From a virus (lineage: Duplodnaviria; Caudoviricetes): a DNA stretch of 64,000 nt. Below the pieces are notes generated by a model. The model was not told where the DNA came from. It did no database searches and was given only the letters and a program-made list of their open reading frames with translations. The stretch lies in the IMG/VR virus record IMGVR_UViG_3300037422_000298, one strand, 5' to 3'. Positions 53,845 through 62,963 of the stretch are shown here, piece after piece; position 1 is the first letter of the stretch; the number at the start of each line of letters is the position of its first letter. Position numbers and translations under genes: made by a program.

Positions 53845-54081
53845 CTACGCGGCTTCGACGCCGGGCAGCCCCAATCCTGACCGCAGGAGGTCTCGAACCG
53901 CGGCCGACAGGTTCGGCCGGTCGTAGTTCTTGGCACGTGGCGGAATGCCTTCGAGCTTGCGTGCATGCGCTTCGAGCTTCTCGCGTAGCTCGTCGTCGAT
54001 CACGACGTGCAGATGCGAGATGCGATCGTTGGCGCGACTGGCGCTCGATCGCGTACGGGACTGACGTTTGGACTTGCTCAC
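53845..54081 (-). CDS. Ribbon-helix-helix DNA-binding protein
   Basis: LHVVIDDELREKLE...NLSAAVRDLL; TATAAT 7 nt before GTG. Confidence 0.65.
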   Translation of the reverse strand: MSKSKRQSRTRSSASRANDRISHLHVVIDDELREKLEAHARKLEGIPPRAKNYDRPNLSAAVRDLLRSGLGLPGVEAA

Positions 54082-54127
54082 GCGTGCGATTATACTCGCG
54101 CTTTGCGCGAAGTGCTAGTCTTCCGCG

Positions 54128-54553
54128 TTACGTGTCCCACTCGTCGCGATCGCTGGCGCGACTGAGTGATCGTGCTGCGAAGACACCGGCAACTGCGAGG
54201 GCAGCAAGCCCGATTACGCCGCCGAGGATGATCTTACGCGACGTCGTCTTGCGCGTTTCGTCGTCGGTAGCTTGCCCGAGTCCGAATGTCGGCACGCCTG
54301 GCTGTAGGTACATGTTCTGATCGAACAGGTAGTGATAGCGGCCGGTCTGCGCGCGCGGGTAGTGCCGACCGACCACGCCTTGGTAGATTCGGCTCTGATC
54401 GTAGTACATCGGCGCGACAGGAAACCCGGCCGCGTAGAAGTCGGGGAAGCCGTAGCGGTAGCCGCCGACCCATCGCCTGACGAGGTCGTTCGCGCTCTCG
54501 TAGTGAGGCACGTACGGCGCGTCGGGCTCGATCGCGAACTCGGCGGTGAACAT
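54128..54553 (-). CDS. Tyr-rich membrane protein
   Basis: FGLG boundary then TM. Confidence 0.65.
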   Translation of the reverse strand: MFTAEFAIEPDAPYVPHYESANDLVRRWVGGYRYGFPDFYAAGFPVAPMYYDQSRIYQGVVGRHYPRAQTGRYHYLFDQNMYLQPGVPTFGLGQATDDETRKTTSRKIILGGVIGLAALAVAGVFAARSLSRASDRDEWDT

Positions 54554-54560
54554 CTACGAC

Positions 54561-55523
54561 CTACCAGCTCCGGCTACGGCGGCCTCGACGTCCGCGACCG
54601 AGCGCGGGTCTGTAGCTGTCTTCATACGCCATCGCAGGCTTGTGTCGCGCGGCGGAGACGGCTGCGAGTGCCGTGAGGCCGACCATCGCGGCAGCGGTGC
54701 CGATGATGAGACCGGTCTGCGGCCCTCGGGTTGCGCCAGGCTTCACGAACGGGAGCGCCTCGATCGTCGTCGGATCGAGCGCCGTTTGAACCGGCTGGTT
54801 GTTGCGCGCTTTGAACGCCGTCACCAGCGTGTCGAAGTTGTTCGAGACGTCGTTCAGGTACTCGGCAACCTCCGACGACATCTCGGCGAGAATGCCGTTG
54901 TTCAGCGGATTGATGAACGCGATGGCGACGTTCCGGTTCGGGATCTGTTTGAGCGCGCCCGCAAACGTGATTGCGAGTGCCGTCGGGCCACGCGTGCTGT
55001 CACCGACGATGCCGTCGATGCCGCCACCGCCGCCGGTCGCGATCGGGTTGTCCTGGATTTCACCGATGCGCGCACAGTTGCTGAACGTTCCTGATCCGTC
55101 TTCGCGCGGGAACTCGGCGCAGAGCTGATCGTCGGACAACTGCCCACGCAGACCAGCGTTGACGAGCGTGATGAGGCGATCCACGGCCTGCTGCATGCGG
55201 CGGATCGGCGCCTTGGCGCCGTCGCCGGTCTGGTTCAGGACGCACTGGACACGGTTCGTGTTCGCTTCCTTGTTGCAGAAGACGACATTGCCGAGACCGA
55301 ATCCTGCGGGATCGCCGACGAAGGATGCCGGTAGCGGTTGGCCGTTGTTGAAGGCGTTGAAGTCGCTGACCGGCTGTCCGAATCCGGCGAAGTAGCCGAA
55401 CCCGGTTGGAGGTTGTGGCGCGTTGAAGCGGCTGAAGTACTGCGCGAACGTTGCCGGTTGTGCTTGCCCGAAGCCGTGGCCGTAACCATAGCCCCAACCA
55501 GGAGTGTACGTGCTTGCGAGCAT
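54561..55523 (-). CDS. Membrane-anchored protein with peptidoglycan-binding-like motif
   Basis: GIDGIVGDST; repeated GFG; TM plus Arg tail. Confidence 0.65.
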   Translation of the reverse strand: MLASTYTPGWGYGYGHGFGQAQPATFAQYFSRFNAPQPPTGFGYFAGFGQPVSDFNAFNNGQPLPASFVGDPAGFGLGNVVFCNKEANTNRVQCVLNQTGDGAKAPIRRMQQAVDRLITLVNAGLRGQLSDDQLCAEFPREDGSGTFSNCARIGEIQDNPIATGGGGGIDGIVGDSTRGPTALAITFAGALKQIPNRNVAIAFINPLNNGILAEMSSEVAEYLNDVSNNFDTLVTAFKARNNQPVQTALDPTTIEALPFVKPGATRGPQTGLIIGTAAAMVGLTALAAVSAARHKPAMAYEDSYRPALGRGRRGRRSRSW

Positions 55524-55577
55524 GGATTTTGCCTCTTGACTGAGCCTACCACAAAGTCGATCGCGCAAGCGATCGCG

Positions 55578-56360
55578 CTACCGCTTGGGACGCTTTTCCC
55601 AGCACCGCATGACGACGTTGGGGCTCGACGGTACGTCGCACGGTATCTGTCGAAAGCCTGCTTTGCGAAGTGCTTGCGCGCGACCGGGACGCCGTCCTTC
55701 CCACCATTCCTCGTCGTATCCCAACTCGGCAGTGTGTTGCCGACGGCGGTAGCGGCGCACGGCAACGATCGTTCCGATTGCGGCAGCGGCGATCCCGCCC
55801 GCGATGATCCATACGAACAGCGGCACGCGCGTCGCGTCGCAGATCTCGCTGATCTCGATCGCCTTCGCTTGTTCGGTGCCGCGAACGCTCTTGCACATCG
55901 TCTTGGCGCGCGTGCACGCTGGGCTCGAACGGCTCTCACGACACGCATCGACGACTTGTTGGATGACGGACTTGATCTCCGGCGGCGGCGGTTCTTGCTG
56001 AGTCGCTACGACCTCAGCTGGCGTCGCAGACGACTGCAGCACGCCGACGGCTTCGAGATCGCGCACCATGGCCTGCAGCTGCGTGATCAACTCCGGTGCT
56101 GCTGCAGCTAGCTCCTCGCGGGTCGTCGGTGCTGTCGCGTTGGCGATCGTGGCCGCTTTCTGTGCGGCAGCGAGAGTCTCGTCGCCGATGAAGCCGTCGA
56201 CGATGATCGGCGTGAACTTGTCGCCAAGAGTCGCGAAGCGGTTGATCAACACCTGCAGCGTCTTGAATTGATCGTGAATTGCTCCGATGCCGAAGCAGAT
56301 CGGTAGCGGGTCGCCTGCCTTGTCGACGCACTTGAAGTCGGTGTTGATCGTCAGTGCCAC
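55578..56360 (-). CDS. PG-binding-like membrane-anchored protein (paralog 1)
   Basis: TDFKCVDKAG.PLPICFGIG...LQ...IVDGFIGDET; TM. Confidence 0.7.
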   Translation of the reverse strand: MALTINTDFKCVDKAGDPLPICFGIGAIHDQFKTLQVLINRFATLGDKFTPIIVDGFIGDETLAAAQKAATIANATAPTTREELAAAAPELITQLQAMVRDLEAVGVLQSSATPAEVVATQQEPPPPEIKSVIQQVVDACRESRSSPACTRAKTMCKSVRGTEQAKAIEISEICDATRVPLFVWIIAGGIAAAAIGTIVAVRRYRRRQHTAELGYDEEWWEGRRPGRAQALRKAGFRQIPCDVPSSPNVVMRCWEKRPKR

Positions 56361-57103
56361 CAGCTGAAGTCCTTGTCGGAGGCGGTACTGTCGTCACCGT
56401 CGAAGTCATCGTCGCCGTCGAGATCGTCTTCGCCGTCGAGATCGTCTTCGCCGTCGAGATCGTCGTCGCCGTCGAGATCGCTATCGTCGTCGCCGTCGAG
56501 ATCGTCGTCGGCACCGAATGCAGGCTGCAGGCGTGTCTTCCGTCGGTAGTACATGAAACCGACACCACCAACGACAGCAACTACTGCGAGACCGCCGAGG
56601 ATCCACGGCAGGAATTTCTTGAGCGTGGATTTGGGAGCCGGGCCGGTGGTTGCTGCGATGATCTCGTCGGCGGCTTCCTTGGGCAACTCGGCTGTTGTGG
56701 TTGTCGCAGTGATCGGATCTACCGGTTGGCCTGGCGGCGCGAGTTTCGCAGAATCGAGCCTTTCTTGTTCTGCGATAAGCCGGTCAAGCCGCGCTGTGAG
56801 TTCGACTGCTTGCGTTGTGAGTTCTTCTTTGGAGTTCGGGGACTGTCCCGACAGCAAAGTGCTTTGGAAAACTTTCTGTACAAACGCGAGTGTTGCAGGT
56901 CCAACGAAGCCATCGACGACAAGCGGTGTCTCGATAGCTTCGGTGAAGGGTAGGCCTACGTTGAGTACAAGACGGAGGCGATTCAGACTTCGCTGCAAGA
57001 GCTGCAGCGCGATGTGGTTGTTGTCGCCAATGCCGAAGCAGATCGGCAGCGGGTTACCTGCGCGGTCGACGCACTTGAAGTCTGTGCCTTGAACGAGCGG
57101 CAT
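56351..57103 (-). CDS. PG-binding-like membrane-anchored protein (paralog 2), acidic tail
   Basis: Same N-terminal domain; DDLDGE repeats. Confidence 0.7.
   Translation of the reverse strand: MPLVQGTDFKCVDRAGNPLPICFGIGDNNHIALQLLQRSLNRLRLVLNVGLPFTEAIETPLVVDGFVGPATLAFVQKVFQSTLLSGQSPNSKEELTTQAVELTARLDRLIAEQERLDSAKLAPPGQPVDPITATTTTAELPKEAADEIIAATTGPAPKSTLKKFLPWILGGLAVVAVVGGVGFMYYRRKTRLQPAFGADDDLDGDDDSDLDGDDDLDGEDDLDGEDDLDGDDDFDGDDSTASDKDFSWWH
56391..56510 (-). repeat. Imperfect 18-nt coding repeat (DDLDG[DE])
   Basis: TCGCCGTCGAGATCGTC recurs. Confidence 0.85.
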
Positions 57104-57106
57104 CGG

Positions 57107-57883
57107 CTATCGCCTCGAACGCCGTTTTGAGGTCTTCTTCGAACGCTTGCGTTTCGAGCGCTTCGTGCGGCCTTTGCCGAGCGCCGCCTTGGGCGCTGTT
57201 GTTGCTGGCGGTGGAAGCGTCGACGCGGATCGCGTCGGTGCAGCCTGCGTCGCCTTGTGTCGATAGTAGGCAAAGCCGACGGCGCCGACGATCACAACCG
57301 CTGCGGCACCGCCTAAAACCCAGGGCAGGATGCTTTTCTTTTCGGGCAACGCTGCGACGGCCGCATCGGCGGCTTCTACAGTCGGCGCGGTCGTGCTCAC
57401 GGTGACTTCGTCGGCAGCTTTCGAGGGTACGCCTGCCTGTTTGACGATCTCCGTGGTCGGTTGAACGGGCTCGCCACCTGGCGCGAGCGCCTCGCCGCCT
57501 TCTACGGCGAGCGCTTCGAGCTGCGCGATGATCTCGCGCGCGTTCTGTGCGACCAGTTCCTTGGTTGTTGTATCCGCGCCCAGGTCACTGGCGAGTCTTC
57601 CGAGTGCTGCAACGGTCAACGGACCGATGAAACCGTCGACGATAAGCGGCGTGAACGCACGCGACAGCGAGAACTTATTGATGCGCTGTTGCAGCGTTTG
57701 AAGAAGTGCATGGTTCGCAGCGCCGATCCCGAAGCAGATCGGAAGTGGCTTGCCCGCCTTGTCGACGCACTTGAAGTCGGTGCCCTGCGCGAGCGCCTGG
57801 CCCAAGTTGGCGGGTGCGTAGCCGTACCCGTAGCCGCCGTAGGATGCAGGAACCATGGCCATCCGCCCCCAAACGTGTATCAC
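57107..57883 (-). CDS. PG-binding-like membrane-anchored protein (paralog 3), basic tail
   Basis: Same domain after ANLG; K/R-rich tail; start uncertain. Confidence 0.7.
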   Translation of the reverse strand: MIHVWGRMAMVPASYGGYGYGYAPANLGQALAQGTDFKCVDKAGKPLPICFGIGAANHALLQTLQQRINKFSLSRAFTPLIVDGFIGPLTVAALGRLASDLGADTTTKELVAQNAREIIAQLEALAVEGGEALAPGGEPVQPTTEIVKQAGVPSKAADEVTVSTTAPTVEAADAAVAALPEKKSILPWVLGGAAAVVIVGAVGFAYYRHKATQAAPTRSASTLPPPATTAPKAALGKGRTKRSKRKRSKKTSKRRSRR

Positions 57884-57991
57884 GCACCGCCTGGATCGGT
57901 CAAAGATCGCGCGAGCGATCGACCGTCAGAATCGCGTCGAAACCTCGATCACGCCCGCGATCCAGAGTAGGATGAACGAGCAAGGCGCATC

Positions 57992-58315
57992 GTGACGAAC
58001 TCCATGAACCCCAACGGATCGCGCGTGGTGGTCGTGCTTTTCACGATCCCCGGTTGCGACGCGTGCCGCGAGTACAAGCCGCGCTTTCAGCGCGTCGCGC
58101 AGCATTACCAAGGACACGTGCCGGTCATGATGCTCGATGCAAACGATCCGCGGTGTGCAGACCTCGCGAATCGTTTGAATGTCACGAACGTGCCTGCGAC
58201 GTTCGCGTTGCGGCGCCCTACAGGCATGATTCGCATCGAAGGCGCAATTCCTGATTCTCAAATCGCGTGGCTGTTCGGTATTGCTGCGCGCGAAGCTGCA
58301 AGTCCAAACTACTAG
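57992..58315 (+). CDS. Thioredoxin-family protein
   Basis: FTIPGCDAC (CxxC), VTNVPAT (cis-Pro). Confidence 0.85.
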   Translation: MTNSMNPNGSRVVVVLFTIPGCDACREYKPRFQRVAQHYQGHVPVMMLDANDPRCADLANRLNVTNVPATFALRRPTGMIRIEGAIPDSQIAWLFGIAAREAASPNY

Positions 58316-58328
58316 AGGAGATGACCAC

Positions 58329-58652
58329 ATGATGTACGCCAGTTTTCGCGGCGCTGACGGGCAAGTTCTCGGTCAGGTCGCTGTCGATCCGTCTGCGGCC
58401 GGTGGCCTGCAGGGAGCGCTCGCCGATGCCGTCGAGAAGCTGCAGCGGACCGGCAACCTGCCAATGAACGCGCGACCGATCCCGCCCGCGTTCTTGCCGC
58501 CGGGACCGCCGCAACCCGTCTCGCAGTCACGGCCGTTCGTGTGCCAGCTACGCTACCTGACGCGCGCACCGAACGGTCAAGTGCTGTGGGCGGTCCGCTC
58601 GATCAACTGCCCCGTCGGCCTGCCGCCCGGCACGTACATCCACACGCCGTAG
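58329..58652 (+). CDS. Hypothetical Pro-rich protein
   Basis: GAGGAG RBS. Confidence 0.55.
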   Translation: MMYASFRGADGQVLGQVAVDPSAAGGLQGALADAVEKLQRTGNLPMNARPIPPAFLPPGPPQPVSQSRPFVCQLRYLTRAPNGQVLWAVRSINCPVGLPPGTYIHTP

Positions 58653-58661
58653 CGGCGGCGC

Positions 58662-59312
58662 TCAGTAGTAGCCGTAGCCGTAGCCACCGTAGTAGCCGAA
58701 CGTCGACACCGTGTCTGGCGGCGTCGGCGTCGGCGTGACCGGCGTCGGCGTGACTGGGGCAACCGGCGGCGTCACTGTCGTTGGAGTCTCGGCCTGCTTC
58801 TTGGCCTCGTCGGCAGCGGTCTTTGCCGCGACAGCTGCCGTGATCAGGCCACCGACCGTCGTCATCGCGCCGAGCCACAACGCGGGCGCCCACACGCGCT
58901 CGGTGCGCGCGAGACCGAACGCAGCAGCGAACGTGAGCATCGTGATCGCGCCGCTACCAACTGCGATGGGCACGCCGAGCGTGACCATCTTGTTGCGGAT
59001 GGCTTGAACGCGCTCCGCAACGGTCTGCGTGATCGTCGCTTGCATCAGTGCGCCATCGGCGCCAAGACCGAACATGCGCCGTGCGGCAGTTGCTCTTGCT
59101 GTGGCAACAGACGCTTTGCGCGCAAGCTGCCAGCGTCGATTGGCCTGCATGAGGGCTTGAGCAGCAGCGCCTTCCTTGGGAACGCTGATGCAACATGTAT
59201 CGACGCAATATGTTCCCTCCGAGTCCTTCCCCCATTTACAGCAGTAGCAAACCGTCTGGGTCTCCACTGCGTTAAAGCCGGAGAATGAATTGTTCGATTG
59301 GATGGCGAGCAT
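58662..59312 (-). CDS. Membrane protein with Cys-rich N-terminus and PT/GY-rich tail
   Basis: MFGLG boundary, two TMs, GGAG RBS. Confidence 0.65.
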   Translation of the reverse strand: MLAIQSNNSFSGFNAVETQTVCYCCKWGKDSEGTYCVDTCCISVPKEGAAAQALMQANRRWQLARKASVATARATAARRMFGLGADGALMQATITQTVAERVQAIRNKMVTLGVPIAVGSGAITMLTFAAAFGLARTERVWAPALWLGAMTTVGGLITAAVAAKTAADEAKKQAETPTTVTPPVAPVTPTPVTPTPTPPDTVSTFGYYGGYGYGYY

Positions 59313-59385
59313 GGTGCGATCTCCACCGGGTAGTGTCTTTTACACTAACCGATCGCGCGAGCGATCGCGAGCAGTTGCTTGCCGT

Positions 59386-60149
59386 TCAAGCGCCGTTTTT
59401 ACGCGTGTCCGGGAACTTCCGGTCTGCGTACCGAAAGGTGACGTAGAACAAGCTGCAAGACAGTAGATCGATCCCGAGCACTGTCGCAGTCGGCCACGAG
59501 GGCGGGAACATGCCCGCGATGTAGACCGGGATGTAGATCGCGAAGAAGATCAGCGCGCAGATCGCGAGGCTGATCGGGTTGCTACGTGCGCGCCACGAAC
59601 GCACGAAGCGGATGAGCACTGGCAGCCACGCGAGGGCGAGGGCGCAGGCAATGCCGAGGGGTACAGCGGTTTCTGGCACGTGGATGTTTCACGACTTCGA
59701 GACGACCCGGTGGCCGGTGCCGTTCATGGTGTCGGTGAGATCAGTGCTCGCGCGCCCGAACCGCTGTACGTGTCGCCGCTGTGCGACCTCGGCGGCGTCG
59801 TGAATGCGCTGATCGACGATGGCCGTCTCCACCTTGATGGAGCGTCGTTGACGGTATTGCCACAGTCGTAACGTCACGACGAGGACCACGAACACGATCA
59901 CTGAAGCGATGAAGGACCACATGTTGTTCACTTCTCCTTTTCAGGATCGAGGTCTGGTTCTTTGCCCTCTTCGAGGGCGGCAACTTCGGTCGGGACGTCG
60001 AGCGTCTTGGCCATGACAGCAACGGCGATCGCGATTCGCTTTAGCTCACTGCGCATGTCTCGCAGCTCGCGCGTGTACATCTTCATGAGCCACACCGAGA
60101 AAGCGATTGGGAACCCCCATCGCTCGATCAGTGTTTGAAGGATGTCCAC
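59386..60149 (-). other. Three small membrane proteins (59386-59679, 59689-59931, 59928-60149); the last is holin/YvrJ-like
   Basis: Hydrophobic helices; WGFPIAFSVWLM resembles the GFPIA motif. Confidence 0.5.
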
Positions 60150-60167
60150 GGCTCACGTCGACGCAGA

Positions 60168-60416
60168 TTACATCTTGCTCGCGACGCAGCTGCGGAACTG
60201 CCGTCCGTGCTTGCCGCGGCACGCGCGCGAGGCCTTTGCGAGAGCGCGCTTGTATGGCGCGAGGTGCCGCGTCGATGGCTTCTTGCGCGGCGAACAACCT
60301 GCGCCGGTCTTGCCGCGGAACGAGATCACCTTGCCGCGTTTGGTCTTGAAGCGAACGATGCCGGTACGGCACCCACCACGGCTCTTGCTGCGCTTCCTCT
60401 TGCGTGCACCGAACAT
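60168..60416 (-). CDS. Small very basic protein
   Basis: MFGARKRKRSK...; AGGAG RBS. Confidence 0.7.
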   Translation of the reverse strand: MFGARKRKRSKSRGGCRTGIVRFKTKRGKVISFRGKTGAGCSPRKKPSTRHLAPYKRALAKASRACRGKHGRQFRSCVASKM

Positions 60417-60435
60417 ACTGTTCTCCTGTTGCGCC

Positions 60436-60594
60436 TTAGCGCTTGACGAAGGGATTCGGACGGACCGCTGGGCGCACCGCCGGACGAGCCGGTTGTTGAC
60501 CCGGAACCGTGCGCACGCAGCAGTTGCTGTTCGCGCCGGGACGCGGACCTACTACGGGACGCACAGGTACTTTGGGAGCACGACGACCGAACAT
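60436..60594 (-). CDS. Small Arg/Pro-rich protein (52 aa, not in ORF track)
   Basis: MFGRRAPKVPVRP...KR*; extended -10 six nt upstream. Confidence 0.55.
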   Translation of the reverse strand: MFGRRAPKVPVRPVVGPRPGANSNCCVRTVPGQQPARPAVRPAVRPNPFVKR

Positions 60595-60716
60595 GCCGCC
60601 ATCCTAGCACGATCCCAAGAGCGATCGCGCAAGCGATCCGCGCGAGAACGTAGACGATCCCGACAGCGACTGTTTGACCGTTTCGTTGGGTCCTCGTACA
60701 GTCGAGCCCAAGCGCC

Positions 60717-61730
60717 ATGGCTCAGATCAACCCCCGTACGTTCGCGGATGCCAAACAGCTCGGGGACGGAATCTACGAGTTGATCCTGACGAACTGGGGC
60801 AACCGCGGTCAGCGGCGCGATCCGAACAACGGCTCGTTGCAGTATCCGCCAGTCAAGAACCTTCCCGGGACAGCGACGCCGTTCATGCTCGAAGGTGCGA
60901 TCCCGATCGTTCCTCCCGATGGCAACTTTCTACTGCCGCCGATTCCGAGCTTGTTTGGAATCGCCATTGCGCCTCGTAGTACGGTAGACCGCTGCATTTT
61001 GAACTTCCCAGCGCTGCCGGGTGTTCCCGCCGACGAGACGCCGTTCCCAGCGGAGGGCGCGGACACAACTTGGAATGTCGCCACCGACAAGATCATCACG
61101 ATCCCAGAAGGCTTCGTGAACTACGGCGGCATCCTTGCTACCGAGCAAATCCTGAGCACGCACTCACCGCTTGTCGGTCAACTCGTTGGTCCGATCCTCA
61201 TTCGCGCGCATACGTCGACGCAGTTCGAGGACAGCTACTTCGCGCTCGATCCTGCAGGTACGGATACGTTCGGAACGGCGCTCAACGAGTTTCCCGGATC
61301 GCTCGGTCCAGGATTTTTCTACACGCCCGAGCTGCGACTTTTGCTCTACATGACGAGCAAAGGCGTCCTGCCGCCAACCAAGCGCGCGCCGTCAAACTGG
61401 GTTGGAAGTCTTCTTGCGCTCTATCCGTTGGCGGGCGGGATTGCACCACGGGTCTTCCCGATCATGGGAAGACGACACATCACGATCACGCTCGTCAATC
61501 CGACGGGCGGCGCGGCGACTGTCAACGCACGCGGCACGTTCAATGATCTGTCGAATTTCCCGAGCACGTTCGACCTCGGGACGTTGGAAGCAGATCTCGG
61601 GACGGCGGCTCTTGCGGCAGGGCCATCAAGCGCTGTCATCAACATCGAGAATCCAGGCTGCGCGTTTCTGACGCTGACAGCCTCTGGTGGCCTCTTCAGC
61701 GTCCGTTTCAGCGTTACTGCATTCGATTAG
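60717..61730 (+). CDS. Beta/Pro-rich hypothetical protein, possibly virion
   Basis: Clean 337-aa ORF, beta-rich C-terminus. Confidence 0.6.
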   Translation: MAQINPRTFADAKQLGDGIYELILTNWGNRGQRRDPNNGSLQYPPVKNLPGTATPFMLEGAIPIVPPDGNFLLPPIPSLFGIAIAPRSTVDRCILNFPALPGVPADETPFPAEGADTTWNVATDKIITIPEGFVNYGGILATEQILSTHSPLVGQLVGPILIRAHTSTQFEDSYFALDPAGTDTFGTALNEFPGSLGPGFFYTPELRLLLYMTSKGVLPPTKRAPSNWVGSLLALYPLAGGIAPRVFPIMGRRHITITLVNPTGGAATVNARGTFNDLSNFPSTFDLGTLEADLGTAALAAGPSSAVINIENPGCAFLTLTASGGLFSVRFSVTAFD

Positions 61731-62188
61731 GGAAAACAGATCCCGTATGGCTCACGCCCGGCCGGTACCGTGTAGAGCGTGCACTTGTTCTGAGTACTCG
61801 GGAACGCTGAGCACTCAGCATCGACGAGGCACAGCTTGTAGCACCTGAAGAAGTTGCCGAAGTCGTCGCCGAGGCAAGTCGTTCCGGCGATGCAGTCTGT
61901 GTCTACACCGCATCCACCGCCGAGCGGCATCGTGCCTTCGGCCTTGCACGTCGTGACCATTCCGTTGTCGTTGGGGTGACAGCCCTGATTTGCACCGCAA
62001 TCCTGCGCGATCGGATCGCAGCAGGCGTCACACGGTGCATAGGAGACAGCTGGGCCGTCGGGCCTCGCGTCGCCGCCGCCATCGTTGGACGGCGCGTCGG
62101 TAGAACCGTCGTCGATGGTGTCATCACCACTTGTCCCTGAGCTTCCACAACCGATCGAGATCGTCGCAACCAAAATCACGCTTCGCAT
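61727..62188 (-). CDS. Cys-rich putative lipoprotein
   Basis: MRSVILVATISIG-C lipobox-like, D/G-rich linker, many Cys. Confidence 0.65.
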   Translation of the reverse strand: MRSVILVATISIGCGSSGTSGDDTIDDGSTDAPSNDGGGDARPDGPAVSYAPCDACCDPIAQDCGANQGCHPNDNGMVTTCKAEGTMPLGGGCGVDTDCIAGTTCLGDDFGNFFRCYKLCLVDAECSAFPSTQNKCTLYTVPAGREPYGICFP

Positions 62189-62232
62189 GTTACTCTCGGC
62201 TTGTTTGTACGCTAGAGAGACGCGCGATGCTG

Positions 62233-62270
62233 TGAGGTTGTTCACGAAGTCTTTTTCGTGAACAACTTCA
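62233..62270. terminator. 16-bp intergenic hairpin
   Basis: TGAGGTTGTTCACGAA-N6-TTCGTGAACAACTTCA, one G-T pair. Confidence 0.55.
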
Positions 62271-62275
62271 GCTTG

Positions 62276-62626
62276 TTAGAGATTGCTGAACGACAGGATC
62301 CACCAATCGGTCACACCATCCGAAACGACGAGCATCGCATCGTACTGGTCGGGCAGCGACTGTGAAACTGCACCGTCGATCAGGTCACCGACACTCGGCG
62401 CGATCGTCGTCGCGCCCGCAGCACCGACGTTCTTGATGTAGAACGCCTTGCCACGATTCTCGTTGGCGGGCGGTAGCGTGATCGTGATGGCGCCTGTTGC
62501 GAGGATGACACTGTCGCCGCTGTCTTCACCTGCCGCAAACGCCGCGTTGACTGCAATCACGCCGTAATGCAGGTACGGATGGTTGATCAAGTTGTAGCGA
62601 TCGTCCCAAGTCTCTCCGTCTTTCAT
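62276..62626 (-). CDS. Virion fibre/spike-like beta domain protein
   Basis: ITITLPPA...FYIKN...IDG...LVVSDG..WWI pattern typical of phage fibre modules; AAAGGA RBS. Confidence 0.55.
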   Translation of the reverse strand: MKDGETWDDRYNLINHPYLHYGVIAVNAAFAAGEDSGDSVILATGAITITLPPANENRGKAFYIKNVGAAGATTIAPSVGDLIDGAVSQSLPDQYDAMLVVSDGVTDWWILSFSNL

Positions 62627-62642
62627 GGCGCTGTCCTTTCGA

Positions 62643-62945
62643 TCATTGAAGCGGTAGAGCCTCGGAAGCCGTCACTGACATGATGCCGCCGACTGCAGCA
62701 CCGACGGCGTACAGGCCTTGTTTGGGTGCGAGGATGAAGGAGTGCTGCTCGCCGGGGAACACCCGATACGACGCTGTCGTCGGAACCGGTGAGAGATCAT
62801 TCACCGTGAGGCTGATGAAGATCACGACGGGACCAACGTTGTTCACCAACACGCGCAGTGGATGCGTCGCCGCTTTGGCAAGCGTCGTCGGCGACGTCGA
62901 ACCAACTGGTTGGATGGTGTAGGTCTCGAAGTTCGTGTTCTGCAT
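62643..62945 (-). CDS. Small beta-rich protein, possibly virion
   Basis: Alternating hydrophobic strands. Confidence 0.55.
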   Translation of the reverse strand: MQNTNFETYTIQPVGSTSPTTLAKAATHPLRVLVNNVGPVVIFISLTVNDLSPVPTTASYRVFPGEQHSFILAPKQGLYAVGAAVGGIMSVTASEALPLQ

Positions 62946-62963
62946 CGTGCGCTCGCGCCGCTA

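Noticed and set aside
53885-53902. GGTTCGAGACC T-loop-like sequence on - strand
   Set aside because: Lies inside the RHH gene; no acceptor stem found.
56014-56580. ORF with TISTAK repeats
   Set aside because: Alternative frame of the acidic repeat in 56351..57103.
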